A DNA stretch of 24,411 nucleotides from a virus (taxonomy: Duplodnaviria > Caudoviricetes). The stretch lies in IMG/VR virus record IMGVR_UViG_3300044580_000017, positions 1-24,411 of that record; one strand, given 5' to 3'. Made by a program: the position numbers and the translations under genes. Below the pieces are notes generated by a model. The model did not search any database, was not told the DNA's origin, and saw nothing but the letters and a program-made list of their open reading frames with translations. Below are positions 9,425 to 17,769 of the stretch, one piece after another (positions within the stretch are counted from its first letter, which is position 1; the number at the start of each line of letters is the position of its first letter).

Positions 9425-9730
9425 CTACTCCAATCCGAGTTCTTTCAGCCTCTTATGGTACTCGGCTGGTGATTGTTCCGGTGGAGGTTCGTCAGAAAGC
9501 AGGTCAGCTAGGTCTGGCAGTTCCTTCGTGCCGACCGTGAACGCGGCTGTGAAGTAGGCCACGAGAATCGCCTCGCGTCTGGTTCTCCAGTTGTAGCCCG
9601 AGAACACCTCGCCGAGTTCAGCAGGGTCGTGCAGCTCGAACTCAGATAGCGGCAGACCTATTCGACAGGCGTCTTTCCAGAGTCCTTCGTAGTAGGTGCC
9701 GCTTTCGTAGGGCTTGAGAACCACCCGCAC
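9425..9730 (-). CDS. Tail assembly chaperone, downstream (T) portion, probably expressed by -1 frameshift
   Basis: Overlaps the upstream ORF by 73 nt in the -1 frame. IGLPLSEF...PAEL pattern typical of chaperone C-terminal halves. Immediately before tape measure. Confidence 0.7.
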   Translation of the reverse strand: MRVVLKPYESGTYYEGLWKDACRIGLPLSEFELHDPAELGEVFSGYNWRTRREAILVAYFTAAFTVGTKELPDLADLLSDEPPPEQSPAEYHKRLKELGLE

Positions 9731-10002
9731 GACCCGATGGCCTCGGATATGGTCGCCATCACTGGTTCGATGTCTCCACCACTCTCAAGGTACTTGTCCA
9801 AGATGTCGTCAACATCGTCGGCGGTCACTTCGGGGTGATGGTAGACCATCCCTGCATGGATAAGCGTAGCGATGGTATCGACCCCGAAGCGCTCGCCGAG
9901 CTGTGCGACAGTCCGGTCAGACTCACGCTCGAAGACGCGCAGAGCCTTCGTGCCGAACGCCAGCTTGTACGTCTTACCGAGCTTCACAGTGACCGTCTGC
10001 AT
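9658..10002 (-). CDS. Tail assembly chaperone (G)
   Basis: GKTYKLAFGTKALRVFE...LIHAGM...T.DDVDDILD.Y pattern. Lies between tail tube and tape measure. GGGGGAG SD. Confidence 0.85.
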   Translation of the reverse strand: MQTVTVKLGKTYKLAFGTKALRVFERESDRTVAQLGERFGVDTIATLIHAGMVYHHPEVTADDVDDILDKYLESGGDIEPVMATISEAIGSCGWFSSPTKAAPTTKDSGKTPVE

Positions 10003-10020
10003 GGCTCCCCCTCATCCCGC

Positions 10021-10422
10021 CTACGGCGTGTCTGTGAACGCGCTGATTGAGCCGTTGACGCGGAGACCGAAGTTGCATGTGACAGCCCCGGACACCGACG
10101 CACTTACTTCGCGGCTCGTGACCACACCGACGCCCTGGAATCCGTGTGTCCCATCCGTGTAGAGCTTGATTGTGACCTCGGTGCCAGCGTCGAACGCCTC
10201 GTGGAGGTCTCCCTGATACGTGTCAGCATTGTCGTAGAAACCGCTGAACGTGAGGGACGAGTCCTTGAACCCGGCCATCCAGACCTTGTCGGTGTCGCCG
10301 AACGAGGTGGTATCGACCTCGTCAGCATTGGAGGTCAGTGTCCACTCGTTCATCGCGGCGACAAGGTTTGCCGTCGGAGTCCCGAGTTTCACCGCCCCGC
10401 CCTTGCCATGAACGATTGCCAT
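10021..10422 (-). CDS. Major tail (tube) protein
   Basis: HGKGG.V...WTL...DEVDTTSFGD..K...GFKD...FSGFYD...G...VTS.EVSA..G pattern. AAGGAGAGG SD. Synteny. Confidence 0.88.
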   Translation of the reverse strand: MAIVHGKGGAVKLGTPTANLVAAMNEWTLTSNADEVDTTSFGDTDKVWMAGFKDSSLTFSGFYDNADTYQGDLHEAFDAGTEVTIKLYTDGTHGFQGVGVVTSREVSASVSGAVTCNFGLRVNGSISAFTDTP

Positions 10423-10442
10423 GCTGACCTCTCCTTCTCGGT

Positions 10443-10796
10443 CTAGGAAACCGCGTGGGCTTCCACTTCGGCGACCGCCTCGAAGCGACCGCCCTGGTCA
10501 CGCCCCATCGAGACGACAGGGCTGATAGCAAGATAACCCATTGCGAGCAGCGAATCATAGCCCTGCTGGCATAATGACCTCGCTGCTGCTTGGGTGCTTG
10601 CCCGTGCATGGACGGCGATACCGTATGGGGTTATCGCCGCCTCGTCGCGCCCGAACGCATGATCCGGCCTCCAGAGCGCGAAGTCAGAGAGTGCCAGTAC
10701 CTCGTCGAGCGATCCGTCAGCCTCATCCGGGAAGAACCCGTAGTAGACGGTGATACCGAGCGTCGTGGAGAGGGCCGCCGCATCTTCTTCAATCAT
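10443..10796 (-). CDS. Tail terminator / tail completion protein
   Basis: Position just before the tail tube. VYYGFFPD, VHARA and SMGRDQGGRF motifs. GAGGTG SD. Confidence 0.7.
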   Translation of the reverse strand: MIEEDAAALSTTLGITVYYGFFPDEADGSLDEVLALSDFALWRPDHAFGRDEAAITPYGIAVHARASTQAAARSLCQQGYDSLLAMGYLAISPVVSMGRDQGGRFEAVAEVEAHAVS

Positions 10797-10800
10797 CGTG

Positions 10801-11175
10801 TCACCTCATGTTCTGGCGGAGCCGCTGCTCGACGAAACGGAAGAACCGCTGCGACTGAGCCATCCTCTGGAATGGGACCGAGAGATAGTGGTGTGTCCCC
10901 GTCTCATGCTTGAACGTAGTCGTCTCATGCTGGATGAGCGCATAGTTGTACCGCTCGTCATCCACGCTGTATCTGATGGTCACGCCGTCGTCATCGCGCA
11001 GGACGGCTCCTGTGCGCTGGAGCGTTCCACGGTGCCACGCCATGTTCGGGTCCTTGTTGAGCGGGACAAGCTCCTTCGATGCGTTGAGGACGCCCTGCGC
11101 GTACTCCTCGATGGCGTCGAGCGCGACCTTCTTGGCCCTGGCCTCTACCGCCGCGCTATCCCACCAGTCGGCCAT
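10801..11175 (-). CDS. Neck protein, HK97 gp10-like / minor capsid family
   Basis: SKELVP...GTLQRTG...YALIQHE...HYLSVP motif set. TGATG coupling. Confidence 0.8.
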   Translation of the reverse strand: MADWWDSAAVEARAKKVALDAIEEYAQGVLNASKELVPLNKDPNMAWHRGTLQRTGAVLRDDDGVTIRYSVDDERYNYALIQHETTTFKHETGTHHYLSVPFQRMAQSQRFFRFVEQRLRQNMR

Positions 11176-11465
11176 CAGAGGTATACCTCGTAGTGCGAGA
11201 GCGAGTCACGCCCCCAACGCTCCGCCACGCTGATGACCGGGAAACGGCGACCGTTGCGCGTGATGCTGTCACCGACCTTGACCGGGGTGAGCGTGAAGAT
11301 GTGCGCCGATGAGACCATGACCTCTCCAGGCCGGACGCTGATCTCTGTGGTCTTCGGCTCGTAGCGACACTTGATGGCGATGTCAGTGTAGGTGCGTGAC
11401 CCATCGGCAGCGACCCCGTCCGAGCGGTTCAGCGTCGCTGTCTGGTTGAGGTAGTCGGAGATCAT
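11175..11465 (-). CDS. Head-tail joining (stopper) protein
   Basis: Start re-assigned to ATG 11465 (ATGA overlap with the upstream stop): MISDYLNQTATL...IKCRYE...VKVGDSI...HYEVYL. Synteny. Confidence 0.75.
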   Translation of the reverse strand: MISDYLNQTATLNRSDGVAADGSRTYTDIAIKCRYEPKTTEISVRPGEVMVSSAHIFTLTPVKVGDSITRNGRRFPVISVAERWGRDSLSHYEVYL

Positions 11466-12307
11466 GCGATCCTCACCGTCCCGGCCAGCCACGGCTTCAG
11501 GAATGAGAGGGCATCAGACGAACGGATGATGGCGCTACTGCTCAGTGATGAGCCTGAGACGTTACCGTACGACTCTGAGAACTCGCCGATCCTGACCGCC
11601 GTAACCCCCTGCGCCTGCATCGAGATGCGGTCAACATCCTCGTCAGCTGTCGCTACGATCGCCAACGCTTCCTCGCACTGTGCGTCCTTCACCGCTTGCG
11701 GGACGACATCATCGCCTATCCATCCGGCGACATTGCTCATAGCAGAGTATCGCTCATGCTCCTCTGAGTAGCGCGTCTGCCCCTGTCCCCACATGACCCG
11801 TGGGAACTGCATCGTCTGTTCCTCGTCGTACTTGATGCCACGGAATCGGAGCGAATCGACGCGGCGAGCTGCCATCAGAAGCGCAGCCGAACGCTCGTAG
11901 GCGTTCGCGTCGTCCCATGCAGCCATCCCAACCCTGTTCGCCATATAGGCATCGGCCTCGTCGAGCGTGACGTAGGAGTTCGTTCCGACCGTGACGGTGA
12001 GCGCCGTGTTCGCGTCATCGAGGATATCCACCGTGAACGGCTTGCGGCGGTACTGTGCCTCTCCGTCGATGACGAGCGTGACAATGAACGCGCCAGACCA
12101 TTCCTCGCCGATTGCGCTGACTGGGATATCGTCATGTGCTATGAAGCAACGCCATACGTCATCGAGACCGTTCGTGAGCGTCGTGGTCTCGACGGCGACA
12201 CCGTCAGCGTCATAGAGTTCGACTGCCACGTTCGTGACATCAGCAGGATTCTCAGGCGTGTATGAGAGTTCGCCCGTGCTGCCAGCGACGAGGGTTAGTT
12301 TCTGCAT
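11462..12307 (-). CDS. Head-tail adaptor ('DnaT-like' phage family) with an extra N-terminal domain of about 100 aa
   Basis: VGTNSYVTLDEADAYM...WD...ALLMAARRVD...FRG.K...Q.MQFPR...VPQAVKDAQCEEAL...LKPWL. GAGGTG SD. Confidence 0.8.
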   Translation of the reverse strand: MQKLTLVAGSTGELSYTPENPADVTNVAVELYDADGVAVETTTLTNGLDDVWRCFIAHDDIPVSAIGEEWSGAFIVTLVIDGEAQYRRKPFTVDILDDANTALTVTVGTNSYVTLDEADAYMANRVGMAAWDDANAYERSAALLMAARRVDSLRFRGIKYDEEQTMQFPRVMWGQGQTRYSEEHERYSAMSNVAGWIGDDVVPQAVKDAQCEEALAIVATADEDVDRISMQAQGVTAVRIGEFSESYGNVSGSSLSSSAIIRSSDALSFLKPWLAGTVRIA

Positions 12308-14298
12308 GACACCTCTCCGTCCTCGCTCGGTACTCTCGACGCCATCTTGCCTCGCTCGGATGACACAGCGGATGCCATCTTGCCTTGCAACTGACGATGG
12401 AACCTCTCAGCGCCATACAGGATTATTCTACCGCTTCCAGAGACGACCAGCGTCCCATCACCGGCGATAGGGTTCGCTGAGAGCACCAGGCCGCTGCCAG
12501 TGAAGCCGACATCTCCATCGCCGCGAACGCCGTAATCAACAATCTCGATTACGCCATCGCCAGTGAATGAGATGTCACCTTCGCCAGCAATCTTCGCGTT
12601 GGCGTGGAGTGCTCCGCCGCCAGAGAACGTGAGCGCTCCGTCGCCTGCGAGCGGATTGACGGAGAGCACTTTGCCGCTGCCAGAGATTCCTATGTTGCCA
12701 TCACCAGCGACGTACACCTTGCCTGGTTCAGATGCGCTGATCTCACCTGAACCGATGAACGCGATGCTCCCACCACCGGCTAGAGGAATCGCCGTTCGCG
12801 CTGTTCCCTCGCCAGTGACGGTGATGTTCCCAGTTCCAGCAATCGGGTTGTCAGCAGCGAAGGTGCCTTCGCCTTCAAGACCGATGTTCCCTGTCCCTGA
12901 GACATACTGCCGCGAGCCTAATGCTCCGCTTCCAGTGAAACCGACCTGCGCTTCGCCTGCTATCGGGTTCTTATTGCTGTACGCACCATCCCCAGAGACG
13001 CCTATTGCACCGCCGCCAGCGACAATGTTCGATGCGTGAATCGCGCCGCTCCCGCTCAAGGAAACAGCGCCACCACCGGCTACCGCTTGTACGTCATCTA
13101 TGACGCCTGACCCGCCGAACTCGATGGAGCCGTTGCCAGAGAGTTGGTTGGTGGCACTGAGCGCACCCGACCCTGTCAGCCCGAGATTTCCAGTGCCAGC
13201 CACATACTGCGGAGCTGCTGCTACCGATATAGCGCCGCTTCCTGAGAATCCGACGTTGCCTGTACCGGCTACACGCCTATATAGCAAGCCGCTCTCTGCC
13301 CACGAGCTTTCGAGCGTTGCGTTGTACGCCGCGACCGCTACCTTGACGCTCGACCATCCAGCCGTCGGCGTGAAGCTGACGCTCTCTGCGTTCTGGCTGT
13401 TGCTGATGGTGACGACGCTGCCGTAGCTGCCGCCGTCGTAGGCGACCTTGTATTTGTACCCGGTCTCGTTCGTGGCGTTGTCGTTCCACGTCACGTCGAT
13501 GTCGGTGCCGTCGAACGAGATGCTCACACCTGTCGGCGGTTCGAGCGGAGCGGTGAGCTGCACGCTCTTGTCACCGGCTCCGGTGATGTCGTTGTCGGCG
13601 GTGAAGGTGTAGGTCGTGCCGCCGGTCAGTGTCGAGTGTGTGAGCCGCACCACCTTCGTGTTGCTCTGCACGACGGCTGCCGAGATGGTGACGGAGTGGT
13701 CGCAAGACCAGTTCGATGTTGTCTCTGCCGCCGTCTCGTTCGGAGCGTTGTCGAAGGTGATGTCGGTGTGCGTGTAGTCCACGAACGTGGCCGACTGCGG
13801 CGTGTACGTGGACGTTGCTTCCTTGAATATCCCGTCAGGGCCGTACGACTGCGCGTTGCCATAGTAGATACGACCCCCTATCCCGTACTGGTTCTCACAC
13901 TTGATGACGAACGTGTGCGTACCAGCGGAGATGACATGGCCGTCCTCGACAGGCGAGTACCACGTCTGCGAGAACTGGTCGTAGCTACCCAAACTTCCGG
14001 CTTCGACCCTGACGGCGCTGCCGCCGTCGTCCGGGATATCGACCTCTGAGGCGACAGACACGCTCACCTGCTTGTTCGTGATGCCTGTCCAAGCAGCGAG
14101 CTGGCCCGTTCCCTGTCCTCGCTGCGTGAGCGTCCCGTTGGAGGTGCACGAGTAGAGCGTCACGCACACGTCGAGCGTTTGCTCGCCATACATGGTGTCG
14201 ATGTCCCCATACGCGGATGAGGTGGCGTCCGACGAGTCGAGGCACCACCGCGTCGCACCGAAGCGCGTCGCGTAAGCGTTGCGGAGATACTGTGACAC
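12295..14298 (-). CDS. Large virion fibre/decoration-like protein with an FN3-like domain and Gly-rich repeats
   Basis: PPTGVSI...VTWNDNATNETGYK...VAAYN (FN3-like), then about 13 repeats of roughly 21-24 aa (xAGxGxxxxxGxGxx). GTG start with AGGGG SD. Confidence 0.65.
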   Translation of the reverse strand: MSQYLRNAYATRFGATRWCLDSSDATSSAYGDIDTMYGEQTLDVCVTLYSCTSNGTLTQRGQGTGQLAAWTGITNKQVSVSVASEVDIPDDGGSAVRVEAGSLGSYDQFSQTWYSPVEDGHVISAGTHTFVIKCENQYGIGGRIYYGNAQSYGPDGIFKEATSTYTPQSATFVDYTHTDITFDNAPNETAAETTSNWSCDHSVTISAAVVQSNTKVVRLTHSTLTGGTTYTFTADNDITGAGDKSVQLTAPLEPPTGVSISFDGTDIDVTWNDNATNETGYKYKVAYDGGSYGSVVTISNSQNAESVSFTPTAGWSSVKVAVAAYNATLESSWAESGLLYRRVAGTGNVGFSGSGAISVAAAPQYVAGTGNLGLTGSGALSATNQLSGNGSIEFGGSGVIDDVQAVAGGGAVSLSGSGAIHASNIVAGGGAIGVSGDGAYSNKNPIAGEAQVGFTGSGALGSRQYVSGTGNIGLEGEGTFAADNPIAGTGNITVTGEGTARTAIPLAGGGSIAFIGSGEISASEPGKVYVAGDGNIGISGSGKVLSVNPLAGDGALTFSGGGALHANAKIAGEGDISFTGDGVIEIVDYGVRGDGDVGFTGSGLVLSANPIAGDGTLVVSGSGRIILYGAERFHRQLQGKMASAVSSERGKMASRVPSEDGEVSCRN
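12410..13275 (-). repeat. Protein-level tandem repeat region, about 21-24 aa period
   Basis: Examples: YVAGTGNLGLTGSGAL, NPIAGEAQVGFTGSGAL, NPIAGTGNITVTGEGT, NPLAGDGALTFSGGGAL, NPIAGDGTLVVSGSGRI. Confidence 0.85.
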
Positions 14299-14400
14299 GG
14301 CAGGCCCCTACGCTGTCTCGGGAACGGGCGGCCTTGGCACGGTCAGCACCGGCCTGGCAGAGGATGCGTCCATGTGCGGCTCACTTCTATGAGGGAGTCG

Positions 14401-14778
14401 CTAGGAGCGAGTCATCTTGACAGGCTTGAGAGCGTTCGCGGCGATGGTGAGCTTCCCGCCCGTGACGAGCACGGGGTCAGGGTCGGTTATAGGGATCCAC
14501 TCGGTGTGCTGCGTGCCAGCTGTCGCTGCCGAGAAGCAGGCATAGTGCGTGATGGTGATCTGCGATGCGCCTGAGTACGCCGCGCTCTCGCCAGCAGATG
14601 CGTTGCTCGGCTCGTATGGGTTCGCAGCCGATGGTGTCGTCCATCCGCCAGGAACGGCGGTGCGGGCGAGTTCTGAAAGAGTGTGCTCGGACGTTCCGTT
14701 GGTCGAGTAGCCGATGTGCGTCATGTTGGCTAGTTCAGCGTCGATGACGGCCTTCATGCGTGCATTGGTGAGTGCCAT
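14401..14778 (-). CDS. Small virion structural protein (fibre-anchor / decoration type)
   Basis: AR..V...W...SN...TITHYACFSAATAG...G.LTI.A.AL pattern shared by small phage fibre-associated proteins. Very strong TAAGGAGGAGG SD. Confidence 0.65.
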   Translation of the reverse strand: MALTNARMKAVIDAELANMTHIGYSTNGTSEHTLSELARTAVPGGWTTPSAANPYEPSNASAGESAAYSGASQITITHYACFSAATAGTQHTEWIPITDPDPVLVTGGKLTIAANALKPVKMTRS

Positions 14779-14825
14779 TCTTCCTCCTCCTTATGCTGAG
14801 GCGTTCCGTTGTCAGCGTACACCGC

Positions 14826-16088
14826 TCATGCGCTTGCCGCTACTTGCTCTCTCATGGAGCGGTACTCGTCAGGATGCGAGGACTTCATGTGACCTTGCAG
14901 CCCGAGGTTGCTCTTGAAGGTTGACTTGCCGCAGAAAGGACACTCGAACGTCCCCAAGAGCGCGTCGTAGACCATGAGCGTGTTCTTGATCTCGTCGTCC
15001 ATGAACCGCCGCGCTGCCTTCGCTTCCTCATGGAGCTTGTACCAGTCGGCACGCTCCATCTTGGCGATGAGCGTGTGCATGTCGTTCGCGTAGACGCCTG
15101 CCTTGCCTCCCATGAACGCCTCGACCGCAGGCACGTTGCAGCACGCGAGCGGAAGCCCGGCGAGAAGGTAGTCGAACGTCTTGTTGGGCAGGCATACGTC
15201 GCCCTTGTCGGTCTTGATGTCAGAGCCGATGAATCCCCACTTGAACGTGGCGAGCTGGTCGAGCAGAACCTTGTAGGGAACGAACATCCGCGTCCGGCGG
15301 TACGCGCCGATGGCTCTCGTCGGGACGAAGAACGTCATGTCCATCCCGGCGGCATCGAACGCCTTGTCCACGTGCGTGTGGTCGCGGAAGCGGTTGGCGT
15401 TGCTCGCGCCGGGGTTCGACCCGCCCTCGTAGACGATGCCGTGGCGTCCGGCCTCCTCGTCCGCCTTTGCTGGCATCCACGCCTTCATGGGGACGGACAT
15501 CGTGATTGCCTCGGGAACGCTCCACGGATGGAGCTTGTAGGCGAGGTCTCTATGCTCCTTGCTCACATGGATGATGCCGTCCGCACGCTCGAAGGCGAAC
15601 CGCTCGTCAGGCGTCACGGAGAAGGTGCGATACCACGCGAGGTCATGGCAGTCATAGACTATGGGGCGTCCGTTGGCACCGGCATCCGCGTAATACATCA
15701 GCCGGTCCGGCTCGTTGTGGACGTGGATGATGCTCGCCCCGGACGCCGCGATGAGGTCAGGGAACTCGCGCTCGTCCTGCGTCACCTTGAGAACGTCGAA
15801 CCCGTCCATGACGCCGGGCATCGACTTCGAGACGGAATCGACCCTCCATCCGAGTGCCTTCAGTGCAGCGGCCTGCTTCTGGACGCGCGTGCAACAGTGG
15901 GAAGAAACCATTAGGACATGATGCTTCCCGGCCTTCTCAGACCAGTCGATGCCGTCGTCGGCAATCTTCTTGGCAATCCAGCGGTTCGCCATCTTCTCGT
16001 CCACCATGACCCAGTCGCCTCGCTTGTGCTGGCGACCGTTCACAATCATGTCTCGGGTGAGCCGGATGCTCTTGCGCCTATGGGCCAT
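14826..16088 (-). CDS. Glycosyltransferase (GT-B, GT4-like) with a small N-terminal domain and a C-terminal C2H2 zinc finger
   Basis: RVQKQAAAL...GWRV, IIHVHNEPD, PIVYDCHD, ERFAFERADGIIHVS, IVYEGG and LPNKTFDYLLAGLP are GT4-like. CPFC-x13-H-x4-H near the C-terminus. GAGGGGA SD. Confidence 0.85.
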   Translation of the reverse strand: MAHRRKSIRLTRDMIVNGRQHKRGDWVMVDEKMANRWIAKKIADDGIDWSEKAGKHHVLMVSSHCCTRVQKQAAALKALGWRVDSVSKSMPGVMDGFDVLKVTQDEREFPDLIAASGASIIHVHNEPDRLMYYADAGANGRPIVYDCHDLAWYRTFSVTPDERFAFERADGIIHVSKEHRDLAYKLHPWSVPEAITMSVPMKAWMPAKADEEAGRHGIVYEGGSNPGASNANRFRDHTHVDKAFDAAGMDMTFFVPTRAIGAYRRTRMFVPYKVLLDQLATFKWGFIGSDIKTDKGDVCLPNKTFDYLLAGLPLACCNVPAVEAFMGGKAGVYANDMHTLIAKMERADWYKLHEEAKAARRFMDDEIKNTLMVYDALLGTFECPFCGKSTFKSNLGLQGHMKSSHPDEYRSMREQVAASA

Positions 16089-16114
16089 CGGGAACGTCCC
16101 CTCTCATCGAGTCA

Positions 16115-16144
16115 GGGGCGGCAGGGCTGAGACCCTACCGCCCC
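16115..16144 (-). terminator. Stem-loop after the major capsid gene (attenuator or mRNA stabiliser)
   Basis: GGGGCGG-c-AGGG-ctgaga-CCCT-a-CCGCCCC. The single mismatch is a G-U pair in the minus-strand RNA. No U-tract, so read-through into the glycosyltransferase is likely. Confidence 0.55.
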
Positions 16145-16168
16145 CTCTCTCACGAAGTCACGCGGATG

Positions 16169-17113
16169 CTACGGAGTGTCGATCGTGGTGTCAGGCGTAC
16201 CCGGCGTGGCCGAGAAGCCGTCCTCAACGAGCGCCGCCAGAGCATCTGACTTGGTCGGACGGAAGCCGATGAACATGGTTGCGCGGAGGGCGACCATGTC
16301 GAGTTCGGCGAGCGACAGCGGGTTGCCGCTGCCGTCCGTGACCGTGGTGAGTGTCGCTTCGGTGAGCAGCTTGTAGCTGATGCCCTGCGGAAGTCCGTAG
16401 TGGACTGTGGACCAGTCTCCCAGGATTGCTGTGACGTTCTCCTGCCACGACGCCGTGTCCGTGTAGAACGCCGCAGGCTGGCCATAGACCGAATAGCCAG
16501 TACCTTCATTGAGGTTGGTCTGGAAGATCGGCGTACCGTCAGTGGTGCGGAGACCGCGCAGCCGCGCCTTGATGGTGCGGAGCGAGAGGTACCCGTTCGG
16601 GTCGTAGTTCTTCGCCTCGACAGCTCCCATCGTGAGCGAGATGTCGTCGGCCAAGTCCTCGCCGGTGCCCTCGACCACGAAGTTCTGGCTGATGGCGATC
16701 TGCTGGAGGATGTCGGTGTTGTACGGGCTTGATGTGCCGAACAGCGCGGCGGAGTCGAACGCGATGGCGAACGACTCGACGATGTCCTCCTTGATCTCAG
16801 CCCACACGTCGAGCGGGTTGCCGATGAAATCGCGCTCTTTCACAGGCACGATGACGGCAAGCTCCTTTGCGAACATGTGGAACTGGTCCCACGCGGCCCG
16901 GTCGGCGGTCTTGCGCTCAAGGTCATCGACCCAGTACGCACCGGGGCCGCTCACGCGGCGGTTGTACGTCTTCTCAAGCGTGTTCATCGGAACGCGCTTG
17001 GCGAGCTGCATGACGGCGGATGTGTGCCGCACGTCCTTGATGATGCCAGCAGCGATCTCCTCGGGGATGAACTGGGTAGTCGAGGTGACGTTGCTGGTGC
17101 TCGTCAGAGCCAT
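16169..17113 (-). CDS. Major capsid protein (HK97 fold)
   Basis: IPEEIAAGII...SAVMQLAKRVPM...AYWV.....K...KELAVIVPV...FAIAFDSAALFG...LRTTDGTPIF...GDWS...DMVALRATM. GAGGAGG SD. Confidence 0.95.
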   Translation of the reverse strand: MALTSTSNVTSTTQFIPEEIAAGIIKDVRHTSAVMQLAKRVPMNTLEKTYNRRVSGPGAYWVDDLERKTADRAAWDQFHMFAKELAVIVPVKERDFIGNPLDVWAEIKEDIVESFAIAFDSAALFGTSSPYNTDILQQIAISQNFVVEGTGEDLADDISLTMGAVEAKNYDPNGYLSLRTIKARLRGLRTTDGTPIFQTNLNEGTGYSVYGQPAAFYTDTASWQENVTAILGDWSTVHYGLPQGISYKLLTEATLTTVTDGSGNPLSLAELDMVALRATMFIGFRPTKSDALAALVEDGFSATPGTPDTTIDTP

Positions 17114-17128
17114 CTCATAACCTCCTCA

Positions 17129-17692
17129 TTAGCGATGAGGCACCTGCCGGATGAGTCCCTTCACCCATCTTTCCTCTGCGCTGAGACCCATCCCTACGGC
17201 ACCTGGCGGATTCGTCCCGCCACCGAGGTCCTGCTCCTCGCCCTGTCCTTTGACGAAGGGGAGCAATGTCTCGACTTCAGCCAAGATACCCTCCTCGTCG
17301 GTTGCGACGAGCTTCTCGATGAGCGGTTCCGGCAGGCCCTTCTCACGACCGATCTTGGCGCGGAGTCCGGCGAGCTTCAGTGCCTCTGCCTCTGCCCTTG
17401 CGGCTTCGGCTGCGGCCTTCATCTCGTCGAGCTGCTTCTGCGCCTTCTCCAGTTCGGTGAGTTGGGCCTCCTCGATCTCTTTGGCCTTCTTGACCGCTGC
17501 GGCGAACTCGTCTTCTGACGAGAAGCCGTGCTTCTTCAAGAACGCTTTACGTGCCTCGACGCGAGCATAGCCGACCAGCTTGTTGACGGCTTCCTGCGTC
17601 AGAGTGTCCTGACCGGTAAGTTCGTGGTCAGTGTTGCTGTCACCCGCAGGCTGGTCCTGTTCGCCCTCCGGGTTCGGCATGTCTTCTGGCAT
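17129..17692 (-). CDS. Capsid scaffolding protein
   Basis: Start re-assigned to ATG 17692 (AAGGAGGAG SD). Acidic N-terminus, LTQEAVNKLV, coiled coil (QLTELEKAQK) and GGGTNP. Directly before the capsid gene. Confidence 0.88.
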   Translation of the reverse strand: MPEDMPNPEGEQDQPAGDSNTDHELTGQDTLTQEAVNKLVGYARVEARKAFLKKHGFSSEDEFAAAVKKAKEIEEAQLTELEKAQKQLDEMKAAAEAARAEAEALKLAGLRAKIGREKGLPEPLIEKLVATDEEGILAEVETLLPFVKGQGEEQDLGGGTNPPGAVGMGLSAEERWVKGLIRQVPHR

Positions 17693-17733
17693 GGTGCTCC
17701 TCCTTGAGCCGTGGGAGTCACGTTCAGGCTCAA

Positions 17734-17752
17734 CATACCCCCGAGGGGTATG
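17734..17752. promoter_or_regulatory. Palindromic operator CATACCCC-CGA-GGGGTATG overlapping a probable minus-strand promoter (TTGTGC-N18-TATGTT)
   Basis: Perfect 8-bp arms in the only gap between the minor capsid and scaffold genes. A near-identical copy lies at 22036-22052. Confidence 0.75.
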
Positions 17753-17769
17753 GATGCACAAGCCTTATG

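Noticed and set aside
14308-14373. 21-aa ORF MDASSARPVLTVPRPPVPETA in the gap before the 667-aa gene
   Set aside because: It has no convincing SD. It is kept only as part of the in-frame amber observation.
17693-17761. N-terminal extension of the scaffold ORF
   Set aside because: It covers the operator and promoter. ATG 17692 has a strong SD.
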